Part shown: one piece after another, positions 23,997 through 33,223 of the stretch
Layout: the number at the start of each line of letters is the position of its first letter
Numbering within the stretch: position 1 is the first letter of the stretch
NCBI GenBank assembly: GCA_029777885.1
Contig: JAKORJ010000193.1
Span: 1-56,908 of the forward strand
DNA length: 56,908 nt
DNA from: Bacillota bacterium
Lineage (GTDB): Bacteria > Bacillota > Clostridia > Caldicoprobacterales > DTU083
Reading direction: 5' to 3'
The notes under the pieces: model-generated
What the model was told of the DNA's origin: nothing
Seen by the model: the letters and a program-made list of their open reading frames with translations, nothing else
Databases searched by the model: none
Translations under genes and position numbers: made by a program

Positions 23997-25082
23997 GTGA
24001 ATTGCTTAGTGACTGACCTGCTATATCGAAAGAGAACCGGTATCCCGCTCATCTCGCTGTCGATCGCGTATAGCTGCGTACTCGTATCACTGATCGTGTA
24101 TTTCAAGCCTGAATACTATGACATACTTGGCGGCAGCGATCCTGTTTTTTATCCATGGCAATATTTGACCAATTACCTGCAGCACGGCACTACGCTTGTT
24201 CTTAAGGGTCTTATGCACCCCTTTCTGCAACTTGCGTTGAATTTACTGGTAATACTGATATTTGGTTCCCTGGCCGAAAGGGTCTTGGGCACAAAAAGGT
24301 TCCTGGCCTTCATCGGATCATCCCTGGCCCTAGCATTGGTGGTACGGCTGATATTTGGTATTCGTGAAGATGGTATAGCGCCCATCGCCTGGAGCTTTGC
24401 CCCGGCTGTCTGTCTAATATTGCTGTATTCAGTCAGGAAGCTCAAGCGCAGGATCCTTTCAGACCCGGTCCTGTATATATGCCTGGCCCTTCTTGCTGCG
24501 GTATGGCTCGTGGTTACGGTAGCCAACCTGGCAAAGGGCCTGCACACCAACAACCTGCTGAATCTTACAGGGACAGTTGCAGGGGCCTCTCTTGCGTATC
24601 TCTGGAAGGGCTATATAACCAGGCGGGTGACAGAGCTGCTGGATGGCTGCCTCGAGGGCAGCAAACGCGACATCTTGGACAGGAGCCTTTCCCTGGCAGG
24701 CCTGGTGATCCCTTGCCTGATAATTGCCATCCTGGCCTCGGCGATCTCAGGCTCTCTAAAAGACCATGTCACTACCTCATACATTGTGGAGATCTGCCCC
24801 AGGAGCGGGTCCATAGAGGATATCAACAATGCAGACAAACGGATAATACTGAAGTTCAGCGAGCCCATGAGGGAGGAGATAGCCCAAAGCAGGATATCCA
24901 TCGAATCCCAGGCTGATTCCTCGCCCTTGTCCGGCAATATAATCTGGGCGGATGATAAGACCCTCGTCATACGCTTCAACAGAGCCATCCAAAATGGCGA
25001 ACAGGTCGACGTCATGCTCAAGGGCCTGAGAGATACAGAAAACCGGGGATATTATGACATAATAAGCCTTGTATACAATTAG
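23997..25082 (+). CDS. Polytopic membrane protein, rhomboid-like N-terminal region, with a C-terminal Ig-like (SbsA-type) domain
   Basis: WQYLTNYLQHG...HPFLQLALNLLVILIFGSLAERVLG resembles rhomboid TM2 and the following loop. The GxSG position is degenerate (FIGSSLA). The C-terminal segment is KRIILKFSEPM...LVIRFNRAIQNGEQVDVMLKGL. The start codon is uncertain. Confidence 0.4.
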   Translation: MNCLVTDLLYRKRTGIPLISLSIAYSCVLVSLIVYFKPEYYDILGGSDPVFYPWQYLTNYLQHGTTLVLKGLMHPFLQLALNLLVILIFGSLAERVLGTKRFLAFIGSSLALALVVRLIFGIREDGIAPIAWSFAPAVCLILLYSVRKLKRRILSDPVLYICLALLAAVWLVVTVANLAKGLHTNNLLNLTGTVAGASLAYLWKGYITRRVTELLDGCLEGSKRDILDRSLSLAGLVIPCLIIAILASAISGSLKDHVTTSYIVEICPRSGSIEDINNADKRIILKFSEPMREEIAQSRISIESQADSSPLSGNIIWADDKTLVIRFNRAIQNGEQVDVMLKGLRDTENRGYYDIISLVYN

Positions 25083-25104
25083 ATGAACTGAATAAGAATA
25101 ATTT

Positions 25105-25132
25105 GCCTGTTTCTCGAAACGGGCATTTTTTT
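25105..25132 (+). terminator. Rho-independent terminator
   Basis: GCCTGTTTC pairs with GAAACGGGC and is followed by ATTTTTTT. Confidence 0.7.
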
Positions 25133-25220
25133 GTCAAAATGCAGGATTAATAACGAATTCATAGAATTGATATATTTATTGTCTGCAATTATCTTATTTT
25201 ATAGTAAGGGGTTGTATAAA

Positions 25221-26399
25221 TTGGACTTTTCAAAGCGCTTCAAGATGAAGGAGTTGTATGACTTCTATGAAGGCAGGATGGACCGGTGCCCCTTCATGCA
25301 GGTGGTCCAGGGCGGCAGTGATGCCACAGTGGTCATCCAGGGGCAGGAAAAGATCATGATAGGCTCCAACAACTATCTGGGCCTGACCAGCCATCCTGAG
25401 GTCAAAGAGGCTGCCATCAAGGCAGTCGAGAAGTACGGCACAGGCTGCACCGGCTCAAGGCTATTAAACGGCAACCTTGACCTCCATGAGCAGCTCGAAG
25501 CCGAGCTGGCCGAATTCCTGGGCAAAGAGGCTGTGATTGTGTACAGCACAGGCTTCTTCTCCAACTCCGGCACCATATCGACCCTGGTGGGCCCCGGCGA
25601 TTACATCATAGGCGACCGCGACAACCATGCCAGCATCGTCCAGGGCTGCCTCCTGTCCCGGGCGAACATGAAACGGTATCATCACAATGATATGGCGAGC
25701 CTGGAGAAGGTCCTAGCGTCCATCGATGACGATGGCAACAAGTTGATAATCACCGACGGGGTCTTCAGCATGTTCGGCGACATCTGCAACCTGCCTGAAA
25801 TATCCAGGCTGGCGAAGAAGTACAACGCCTCTGTCCTCGTGGACGATGCCCACAGCATAGGAGTGCTCGGGGAAAACGGCCGGGGCACTGAGGAATACTA
25901 CGGGCTGACCGACGGGGCAGACGTCATCACGGGCACGTTCAGCAAATCCTTTGCATGCGTTGGTGGCTTTGCTGCAGGATCCAGGGAGATGGTGAGATTC
26001 CTTAAGGCCACATGCCCGTCCTTTATATTCACGGCCAGCCTGCCGCCGGCATCAGTGGCAACTGTGCTCGCAGCCCTGAAGATACTGAAGAACGACCATG
26101 CCAGGAGGAAGAGGCTGCATGACATAGCCAACCGCGTAAGGTACGAGCTCAACAGGATGGGCTACAACACGGGCGGCAGCCAGACGCCCATCATTCCGAT
26201 CGTGATCGGGGACAGGGAAAAGACCATAGCTGCCTGGGAGTTCCTCTTTGACCATGGCGTGTTCTGCAACGTATCCATCAGCCCGGCAGTCCCGGTAGGG
26301 TCAGACCTGCTGAGGACCAGCTACATCGCGACCCATACCGATGAGCAGATCGATTACGTGCTCGAGGTATTTGACAAGCTCCGCAAAATAATCTTGTAA
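25221..26399 (+). CDS. PLP-dependent alpha-oxoamine synthase (Kbl/BioF/serine-palmitoyltransferase-like)
   Basis: TTG at 25221 lies 9 nt after AAGGGG, with an alternative ATG at 25245. Motifs GSNNYLGL, GSRLLNG, DRDNHASI, VDDAHS, GTFSKS (PLP lysine) and FTASLPP. Confidence 0.8.
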   Translation: MDFSKRFKMKELYDFYEGRMDRCPFMQVVQGGSDATVVIQGQEKIMIGSNNYLGLTSHPEVKEAAIKAVEKYGTGCTGSRLLNGNLDLHEQLEAELAEFLGKEAVIVYSTGFFSNSGTISTLVGPGDYIIGDRDNHASIVQGCLLSRANMKRYHHNDMASLEKVLASIDDDGNKLIITDGVFSMFGDICNLPEISRLAKKYNASVLVDDAHSIGVLGENGRGTEEYYGLTDGADVITGTFSKSFACVGGFAAGSREMVRFLKATCPSFIFTASLPPASVATVLAALKILKNDHARRKRLHDIANRVRYELNRMGYNTGGSQTPIIPIVIGDREKTIAAWEFLFDHGVFCNVSISPAVPVGSDLLRTSYIATHTDEQIDYVLEVFDKLRKIIL

Positions 26400-26441
26400 T
26401 AAGGCTTTACCGGTATCATATTATTTATATCAGTATTCAGC

Positions 26442-26470
26442 AAGGGCTCTTCAACAGAGCCCCTTTTTAT
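26442..26470 (+). terminator. Rho-independent terminator
   Basis: GGGCTCT-tcaac-AGAGCCC followed by CTTTTT. Confidence 0.7.
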
Positions 26471-26600
26471 TGTCTGTTTCGGCTTTATAATATCTGCCTC
26501 GGGTCGTCCTTCATGCTTTACACCCATACCATAAATTAGTATAATGAATTTCGGATAATATATTTCCACCGATTCAGCAGACTAAAGAAGGAGGGCAAAT

Positions 26601-27518
26601 ATGCACGATGTCATAATAATCGGAGGTGGGGTCGCCGGGCTGACAGCCGGGCTTTATGCAAAGCGGGCCGGGCTTGATGCCCTGTTGTTTGAAAAGATGT
26701 TTGTCGGAGGGCAGGCATCGACTACCTATATGATCGAAAACTATCCTGGCTTTGATGAGCCTATCAGCGGGCCTGACTTTACCATGAAGTTCGAGAACCA
26801 GGCAAGGAAATTCGGCCTAATGATACAATACGACGAGATAAAGGAGCTCAAGCTAGAGGGTGATATAAAAAGGGTATATACCGACAAGGGGGAATACCAG
26901 TGCAGGGCAGTTATCCTGGCAACGGGCGCTGAGCCCAAGACCCTCGGCCTTGACAAGGAGGACAAGTTCCGGGGCAGGGGCGTATCCTATTGTGCCACCT
27001 GCGACGGAGCGTTCTACAAGGGCAAGGATGTAGTAGTGGTAGGAGGCGGCGATACCGCGGCTGAGGATGCGCTGTTCCTGGCCCAGTATGTGAACAAGGT
27101 TTACCTGGTCCACAGGCGGGACAGCCTAAGGGCAAACCAGATCTCAGCGGACAAGGTGCTTAAAAACGACAAGATAGAAAAGGTATGGGACTCTGTAGTG
27201 GAAGAGATCCTGGGCGAAGAAAGCCTGACCGGGGTCAGGGTCGTCAACCTGAAGACTGGGGAAAAGCGTGTGATTAAGGCCGAGGGCATGTTTGTCGCCA
27301 TTGGGATAAGGCCTAACAACGAGCTCGTAAAGGGAAAGCTCAAAATGAGCGAAGCGGGCTTCGTACTGACGGATGAAACCATGGCTACGGACATACCCGG
27401 TGTTTTTGCTGCAGGGGACATAAGGCAGAAATCCCTGTGGCAGCTTGTGACGGCGGCAGCCGACGGCGCAGTGGCGGCTGTATCGGCCCAAAGATATATC
27501 GTTGAGAAATTCAAGTAA
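26601..27518 (+). CDS. trxB: Thioredoxin-disulfide reductase
   Basis: RBS AAGGAGGG. FAD motif IIIGGGVAGLTAG, redox-active CATCDG and NADPH motif VVVGGGDTAAEDA. Confidence 0.92.
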   Translation: MHDVIIIGGGVAGLTAGLYAKRAGLDALLFEKMFVGGQASTTYMIENYPGFDEPISGPDFTMKFENQARKFGLMIQYDEIKELKLEGDIKRVYTDKGEYQCRAVILATGAEPKTLGLDKEDKFRGRGVSYCATCDGAFYKGKDVVVVGGGDTAAEDALFLAQYVNKVYLVHRRDSLRANQISADKVLKNDKIEKVWDSVVEEILGEESLTGVRVVNLKTGEKRVIKAEGMFVAIGIRPNNELVKGKLKMSEAGFVLTDETMATDIPGVFAAGDIRQKSLWQLVTAAADGAVAAVSAQRYIVEKFK

Positions 27519-27545
27519 AAAACTATATAGCGAGGAGATGTTGAT

Positions 27546-28892
27546 ATGGGTCGTCTATTTGGAACAGATGGGGGAAGGGGTCTTGCCAACAGGGAGCTGA
27601 CCTGCGACCTGGCATATAAGCTGGGCCAGGCAGGGGCTCATGTATTGACCGGGGAAAAGCACAAGCCAAGGATACTTATAGGCCGTGACACACGGTTATC
27701 AGGCGATATGCTGGAGGCTGCGCTGGCGGCAGGCATATGCTCGGTCGGGGCAGATGCCATTGTGGTCGGGGTCCTGCCCACCCCCGCTATCGCATACCTC
27801 ACACGGCGTTACGGTGCCGATGCGGGTGCCGTTATTTCCGCATCTCACAATCCAATGGAATACAACGGGATCAAGTTTTTCAACAGCCAGGGCTACAAGC
27901 TGCCGGACGAGCTGGAGAACCGCATAGAGGATATCATACTGGACAAGGCTGAAGAGATCCCCCTCCCCGAAGGGTCGGACCTGGGCCGGATCGTGCGGGT
28001 CGAAAATGCATTCGCTGACTACGTGGAATTCCTGAAAAGCACCTTCGAAGGTGATCTCAAGGGCTTTAAGATAGCCTTGGACTGCGCCAACGGCGCGGCA
28101 TACCAGGCTGCCCCGATGCTCTTTGCAGCCCTCGGCGCAGAGGTACATGTAATGGGTAATGAACCGGACGGCGTCAATATCAATGCGAGCTGCGGCTCCA
28201 CCCATCCGGAAAAGCTGCAGCAATTTGTAAAGGAGCTTGGCGCCGATGTGGGGCTGGCCTTTGACGGTGATGCCGATAGGCTGATCGCTGTAGATGAAAA
28301 CGGCGAGATAGTGGACGGGGACCAGGTCATGGTCATGTGCGCCCTGTGCATGGCCAGGCGGGGCGAGCTCAAGGAAAACACGGTGGTCACGACAGTGATG
28401 AGCAACCTGGGGCTCGACCTGGCGCTGAAAAAAGCAGGCCTGACGAGCGTCAAAACCAAGGTTGGCGACCGCTATGTCCTTGAAAAGATGCTCGAAGGCG
28501 GCTTTTCGATCGGCGGGGAGCAGTCCGGCCATATCATTTTCCTTGACCACAATACCACGGGAGACGGTCTACTGACTGCACTGCAGATGCTCGGGGTCAT
28601 GAAGCGCAGCGGCGACAGGCTCTCAAAGCTGGCAGCACAGATGAGGAAATACCCCCAGGTGCTGGTGAACGCCAGGGTATCAGAGCAGAAAAAGCACAGC
28701 TACGCAGATGACCCGGTCATCCGGGATGAAATTGGCAAAATAGAATCCAGGTTCAAGGATGAGGGCAGGGTCCTGATCCGGCCTTCTGGCACGGAGCCTT
28801 TGGTTCGCGTGATGATCGAGGGGGCCGACCAGAAGGAGATCGAGGGGTATGCTGTGAAGCTTGCCAGGCTCATAGAGGAAAGGCTTGGCTGA
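27546..28892 (+). CDS. glmM: Phosphoglucosamine mutase
   Basis: MGRLFGTDGGRG at the N-terminus, active-site SASHNPMEYNGIKF, metal loop FDGDADR and GGEQSGH. Confidence 0.95.
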   Translation: MGRLFGTDGGRGLANRELTCDLAYKLGQAGAHVLTGEKHKPRILIGRDTRLSGDMLEAALAAGICSVGADAIVVGVLPTPAIAYLTRRYGADAGAVISASHNPMEYNGIKFFNSQGYKLPDELENRIEDIILDKAEEIPLPEGSDLGRIVRVENAFADYVEFLKSTFEGDLKGFKIALDCANGAAYQAAPMLFAALGAEVHVMGNEPDGVNINASCGSTHPEKLQQFVKELGADVGLAFDGDADRLIAVDENGEIVDGDQVMVMCALCMARRGELKENTVVTTVMSNLGLDLALKKAGLTSVKTKVGDRYVLEKMLEGGFSIGGEQSGHIIFLDHNTTGDGLLTALQMLGVMKRSGDRLSKLAAQMRKYPQVLVNARVSEQKKHSYADDPVIRDEIGKIESRFKDEGRVLIRPSGTEPLVRVMIEGADQKEIEGYAVKLARLIEERLG

Positions 28893-28935
28893 CAGGAGCT
28901 GCTTTGCAGATTTGATTTCAAGGGGGGCTGTTTCA

Positions 28936-29535
28936 ATGTATGATCTGGTTGCCATAACCGGCGCTGGGATCTCAAAGGCCAGCGGCATCCCGACCTTCGA
29001 AGAGATGGGGGACCTGCGCAGTAAGCTGAGCAGGGATTATTTCAATGCCCATCCCCAGGAGTTCTATGACGGCCTGTTGAAAATGAAGGAAACCATAGAC
29101 AGGGCCAGGCCCAATCCGGCTCACCTGGCCTTGGCAGAGCATGATATACCTGTGGTAACGATGAACATAGACGGCCTGCATAAAAAGGCGGGCAGCAGGA
29201 TAGTACTTGAGGTCCATGGCAATCTGGAGCAGGTGATATGCTGGAAGTGCGATGAAAGGTTCGACTTCTATGTGATCAGGGACTCAATATGCTGCCCCAG
29301 GTGCGGCGACCTGCTCCAGCCTGATGTGGTCCTGTACGGGGACATGATCAGGTACTACACCGACGCCATAGACCTGATCGGCGGCAGCCGGGAAGTGCTT
29401 GTTGTGGGCACATCCTTTTATACCTCTACGGTGAACGAGTTTGTCTACAGGGCCAGGCTGGCCGGCAAGAAAATCAGCATAATAAACCAAAGCGCCGAGA
29501 CCGAGGTCGCAAAATTCCTAAAAAGGTTTGAATAA
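28936..29535 (+). CDS. NAD-dependent protein deacylase (short Sir2/CobB type)
   Basis: ATG at 28936 follows AAGGGGGG. Motifs GAGISKASGIPTF, NIDGLH and HGN, plus a Zn module CWKC...CPRCG. Confidence 0.85.
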   Translation: MYDLVAITGAGISKASGIPTFEEMGDLRSKLSRDYFNAHPQEFYDGLLKMKETIDRARPNPAHLALAEHDIPVVTMNIDGLHKKAGSRIVLEVHGNLEQVICWKCDERFDFYVIRDSICCPRCGDLLQPDVVLYGDMIRYYTDAIDLIGGSREVLVVGTSFYTSTVNEFVYRARLAGKKISIINQSAETEVAKFLKRFE

Positions 29536-29580
29536 AAGAAAAGCTAAGCAAAGAGAATTGAGCAGAAAGGGGTTTAGTTA

Positions 29581-31332
29581 TTGGCAGTGAAACTGGAGGC
29601 TCAGATCCCGAGGCCGGAATATCCCAGGCCTCAGATGGTCAGGGACAAGTGGATAAACTTGAACGGCACCTGGGAGTTTGAAATGGACTTTGGCAGGAGC
29701 GGCAGGGATAGAGAGCTCTACAAAAAGGACAGGCTTTCTGGCACGATCCTTGTGCCCTTTTGCCCGGAAAGCAAGCTGTCCGGGATCGAATATACGGATT
29801 TCATACCGGCCGTATGGTATAAAAGGGAGTTCGACCTGCCCGAGGACTGGCAGGGTGGCAGGATCCTTCTGCATTTCGGCGCTGTTGATTACCATGCCTG
29901 GGTTTGGATAAACGGCAAGCCAGCGGGCAGCCACAAGGGCGGGTATTCGTCCTTCTCCTTCGACATAACCGACCTGGTGCAGAAAGGGACGAATACGGTA
30001 ACGGTCTATGCTGAGGACGATGTGCGTTCCGGCAGGCAGCCAAGAGGCAAGCAGAGGGAGGAACACCATTTTATCTATTCAGGCTGCGATTATACAAGGA
30101 CTACAGGCATATGGCAAACCGTATGGCTGGAGTGGGTGCCCGAAAGTTATATATCCTCTTTCAGGCTGATACCGGATCCGGAAAACGGATGCGTACATAT
30201 AGAGGCCTTGGTCAAGGGCCCCTCTAAAGGCTTGACCTTGACAGCCAGGGCTGCATACAAGGGAAAGGCCGTCGGCGAAGGACAGGCCAGGGCTTCGGCT
30301 AGCGGCTTCCGGCTGACCTTGGAGTTGTCGGAGATACATCTTTGGGAACCAGGCAAGCCCGAGTTGTATGACCTGGACCTGGTGCTTGTCGGCCATGGCG
30401 GCACCCTGGATGTGGTAAGAAGCTATTTCGGACTAAGGTCCGTCTCTTTAAGCGACAAGGCCATACTCATAAACGGCAGGCCGGTGTTCCAGCGGCTGGT
30501 GCTGGACCAGGGCTTTTATCCTGACGGCATTTATACCGCCCCGACTGACGCAGACCTTAAGCGGGACATCGAGATCTCCATGGGCCTGGGGTTCAACGGG
30601 GCCAGGCTGCACCAGAAGATATTCGAGCCAAGGTTTTTGTACTGGGCTGACAGGCTCGGCTATCTCGTTTGGGGCGAGCATGGCAGCTGGGGGCTTGATA
30701 TAACCGGCCCGGCAGGGCTTGAGAATTTCCTGCCCGAATGGATGGAAGCGATAGAGCGTGACTTCAACCACCCATCGATCGTGGGCTGGTGCCCGTTCAA
30801 CGAGACCTGGGACCGGAACGGCACGAAGCAGGATAACGAGGTACTCAGGATCGTGTACAACGTGACCAAGGCCATGGACCATACCCGGCCGGTCATCGAC
30901 ACCAGCGGCAATTTCCATGTGGTGACGGACATCTTCGACATCCATGACTATGACCAGGATCCTGCATCCTTCGCAGCCAAGTTCCAGCCGATGCAGGAGG
31001 GCAGCGGGGTTTACGTGACTTATCCTGACAGGCAGAAATATGAAGGCCAGCCCTACTTTGTGAGTGAGTACGGCGGCATCTGGTGGAACCCGGAAAACAA
31101 GGGCGGCTGGGGCTACGGCTCACGGCCTGCCAGCGAGGAGGAGTTCATTGCCCGCTACAAGGGCCTGACCGAGGTCCTGCTCAACAACAAGAATATATGC
31201 GCTTTCTGCTATACCCAGCTATATGACATAGAGCAGGAAGTAAACGGGCTCTATACCTATGACCGGAGGCCCAAGTTCGATCCTTCGATCATACGGGCTA
31301 TAAATACCCAGAAGGCTGCTATTGAAGAGTAA
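29581..31332 (+). CDS. Glycoside hydrolase family 2 protein
   Basis: TTG start follows AAAGGGG. N-terminal EYPRPQMVRDKWINLNGTWEF, acid/base region NHPSIVGWCPFNE and nucleophile region YFVSEYGG. Confidence 0.85.
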   Translation: MAVKLEAQIPRPEYPRPQMVRDKWINLNGTWEFEMDFGRSGRDRELYKKDRLSGTILVPFCPESKLSGIEYTDFIPAVWYKREFDLPEDWQGGRILLHFGAVDYHAWVWINGKPAGSHKGGYSSFSFDITDLVQKGTNTVTVYAEDDVRSGRQPRGKQREEHHFIYSGCDYTRTTGIWQTVWLEWVPESYISSFRLIPDPENGCVHIEALVKGPSKGLTLTARAAYKGKAVGEGQARASASGFRLTLELSEIHLWEPGKPELYDLDLVLVGHGGTLDVVRSYFGLRSVSLSDKAILINGRPVFQRLVLDQGFYPDGIYTAPTDADLKRDIEISMGLGFNGARLHQKIFEPRFLYWADRLGYLVWGEHGSWGLDITGPAGLENFLPEWMEAIERDFNHPSIVGWCPFNETWDRNGTKQDNEVLRIVYNVTKAMDHTRPVIDTSGNFHVVTDIFDIHDYDQDPASFAAKFQPMQEGSGVYVTYPDRQKYEGQPYFVSEYGGIWWNPENKGGWGYGSRPASEEEFIARYKGLTEVLLNNKNICAFCYTQLYDIEQEVNGLYTYDRRPKFDPSIIRAINTQKAAIEE

Positions 31333-31370
31333 TAGATGCATAAGTAATAGAGAAGATGTGGACAAATTAA

Positions 31371-31407
31371 AAATACCGGAAGCGCTATGGTTGTGCTTCC
31401 GGTATTT
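31371..31407. terminator. Bidirectional terminator between convergent GH2 and rubrerythrin genes
   Basis: AAATACCGGAAGC (31371-31383) pairs with GCTTCCGGTATTT (31395-31407), with A/T runs on both sides. Confidence 0.75.
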
Positions 31408-31448
31408 CTGCAACTGATCGATGGATCCGGGTCTGTGGCTCAGCCTGA

Positions 31449-32036
31449 TCAATAGTTCTGGGCATAGAGCTCGAAGTAGGCCTTGGCGTGGGCGCATGCC
31501 GGGCAAACATCCGGGGCTTCCTTGCCCTCATGGACATATCCGCAGTTGCCGCATTTCCACAAAACGACCTCGTCCTTTGTAAATACCTTGTCCTTTTCAA
31601 TGTTTTCAAGCAGCTTGTTGTACCTGATTTCATGCCATTTCTCGGCGTCGGCGACCTTCCTGAACACCTCAGCGATCTCGCTGAAGCCTTCCTCATCCGC
31701 TATTTCGGCAAACCTGGGATACATCCTGGCCCATTCCTCATTTTCGCCGGCAGCTGCCGCCTTCAGGTTGTCGAGGGTCTTGCCCTGGGCTACGGGGAAG
31801 GTTGCGGTTATTTCGACTTCTGCGGGCAGCTCGCCCAGGCCGGCCAGCAGGAACTTGTAGAACCGCTTGGCGTGCTCCTTTTCATTGTCGGCAGTTTCGA
31901 TAAAGATGTTCCGGATCTGTTTATAACCTTCCTTGTCGGCAACCGAGGCATAGTATGTATACCGGTTCCTTGCCTGGGACTCGCCTGCAAAGGCCTTCAT
32001 TAGATTTTCTGCTGTTCTTGTGCCTTTCAGATTCAT
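31449..32036 (-). CDS. rbr: Rubrerythrin
   Basis: MNLKGTRTAENLMKAFAGESQARNRYTYYA, diiron ExxH motifs, and a C-terminal rubredoxin-like CGNCG...CPAC. RBS GGAGG at 7 nt. Confidence 0.92.
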   Translation of the reverse strand: MNLKGTRTAENLMKAFAGESQARNRYTYYASVADKEGYKQIRNIFIETADNEKEHAKRFYKFLLAGLGELPAEVEITATFPVAQGKTLDNLKAAAAGENEEWARMYPRFAEIADEEGFSEIAEVFRKVADAEKWHEIRYNKLLENIEKDKVFTKDEVVLWKCGNCGYVHEGKEAPDVCPACAHAKAYFELYAQNY

Positions 32037-32201
32037 AATATACCTCCATATCTAATGTTTTTACTATACATATATAAACAGTGGGCTGGTACCTTAAACA
32101 ACCTTTTGTATATCCAGTATATAACAAAGCACATAATAGTGCAATCTACATATTATGAAATAGGGAAATACATGCAATCCAAATTCGGAAGGGGTGCGTA
32201 C

Positions 32202-32336
32202 ATGGGTTTTGGTTATAGCACGGAAGGCTACGGCAAGGACAGCGGGTTTGAGATCATCCTGATTTTGTTTCTCCTGTTGATACTCATACCCTTACTGACT
32301 GACAAGCGCGGAGGGATATTCAGTACATCTGAATAG
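32202..32336 (+). CDS. Small hydrophobic protein, YjcZ-like sporulation protein candidate
   Basis: ATG at 32202 lies 7 nt after GGAAGGGG. The product MGFGYSTEGYGKDSGFEIILILFLLLILIPLL resembles the Gly/Tyr-rich head and hydrophobic tail of YjcZ-family peptides. A terminator follows. Confidence 0.35.
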   Translation: MGFGYSTEGYGKDSGFEIILILFLLLILIPLLTDKRGGIFSTSE

Positions 32337-32356
32337 CCCTGGCCTTCGCGGGAGGA

Positions 32357-32395
32357 AAAGAACCTTAGGCCAAAAGAGCCCAAGGTTCTTTTTGC
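32357..32395 (+). terminator. Rho-independent terminator
   Basis: AGAACCTT...AAGGTTCT stem followed by TTTTT. Confidence 0.65.
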
Positions 32396-32495
32396 GATTA
32401 TTGATGTTTAATCAACCTGTTATATGTTACAATTATAATGTGGATGCAAAATGTGGAAGTAGTCCATATGCAAATATCAAACCGGAGGTGCATAT

Positions 32496-33035
32496 ATGCT
32501 GAGACAAAGCCTGAGTAAGCTGTCATGGGGTTTTGCGCTGATCATGATCGACATCCATATGATTTTGAACGGATTCGACCTGCTTCCTGATATCATAGGC
32601 TACATACTATTTGCCCTGGCACTGGGCGAGCTTGAAAGAAGGAGCGAATGCTTTGACAAAGCCAGGCCTTTGAGCTTGGCCCTGGCCGTGCTGTCGGCTT
32701 TCATTGTATACAGGGGCCTGCTGGACTGGATAGGCCAGGTCAAATACCTGATCGTACTGGCATCTGTCTGCCTGAACCTCCTGGTCGTCTACTATATACT
32801 GATGGGTTTAAAGGAGATGTGTGTCATGTCCGGCCACAGGGGCCTGGCACGCGAATCCGATCAGCTGTGGAAACTTTACCTGGGCCTTGCCCTGGTGGAT
32901 CATGCAGTTTTATTGCTGTCAGGAATATCCTTTTTCACCTTGGCTGAGATCGGCATCATACTTGCATTGGCAAACCTGGTCCTTACGGTATTCATCCTGA
33001 GGTTCATAAACAGCTGCGGCAGCTTTGTCCGCTAG
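32496..33035 (+). CDS. Polytopic membrane protein, unknown function
   Basis: RBS CCGGAGGTG. Five to six hydrophobic segments. No family recognised. Confidence 0.5.
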   Translation: MLRQSLSKLSWGFALIMIDIHMILNGFDLLPDIIGYILFALALGELERRSECFDKARPLSLALAVLSAFIVYRGLLDWIGQVKYLIVLASVCLNLLVVYYILMGLKEMCVMSGHRGLARESDQLWKLYLGLALVDHAVLLLSGISFFTLAEIGIILALANLVLTVFILRFINSCGSFVR

Positions 33036-33048
33036 AGAAAAGAAAAAA

Positions 33049-33083
33049 ACGAAGGTTACAAAAGCAATGAGCGTAACCTTCGT
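33049..33083. terminator. Hairpin between convergent genes, with the U-tract on the minus-strand side
   Basis: ACGAAGGTTAC (33049-33059) pairs with GTAACCTTCGT (33073-33083). It is preceded on the plus strand by AAAAAAA, which reads as a T-run for minus-strand transcripts. Confidence 0.5.
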
Positions 33084-33223
33084 CATACAATATAGGGGGT
33101 TTATCTCTATTATTAACATTTGACCGAAAAAAATACGGGCTTGAAAAAATTTTTAAGCATAAATGAAAGACGGTCCACGTCCAAGGATATGTTCTCCTTG
33201 CCGTGGACCGCTTCGCTTTTAAG

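Noticed and set aside
27699-28550. 283-aa minus-strand ORF
   Set aside because: It is entirely antisense to glmM, which has unmistakable active-site motifs. It has no RBS and a low-complexity, Arg/Ala/Gly/His-rich composition typical of antisense frames in moderately GC-rich genes.
28936-29535. Sir2-domain protein considered as a possible anti-phage defence gene
   Set aside because: It is a short (~199 aa) CobB-type sirtuin with the Zn-ribbon module. It sits between housekeeping genes and has no associated effector or sensor partner such as a pAgo, HerA or TIR protein.
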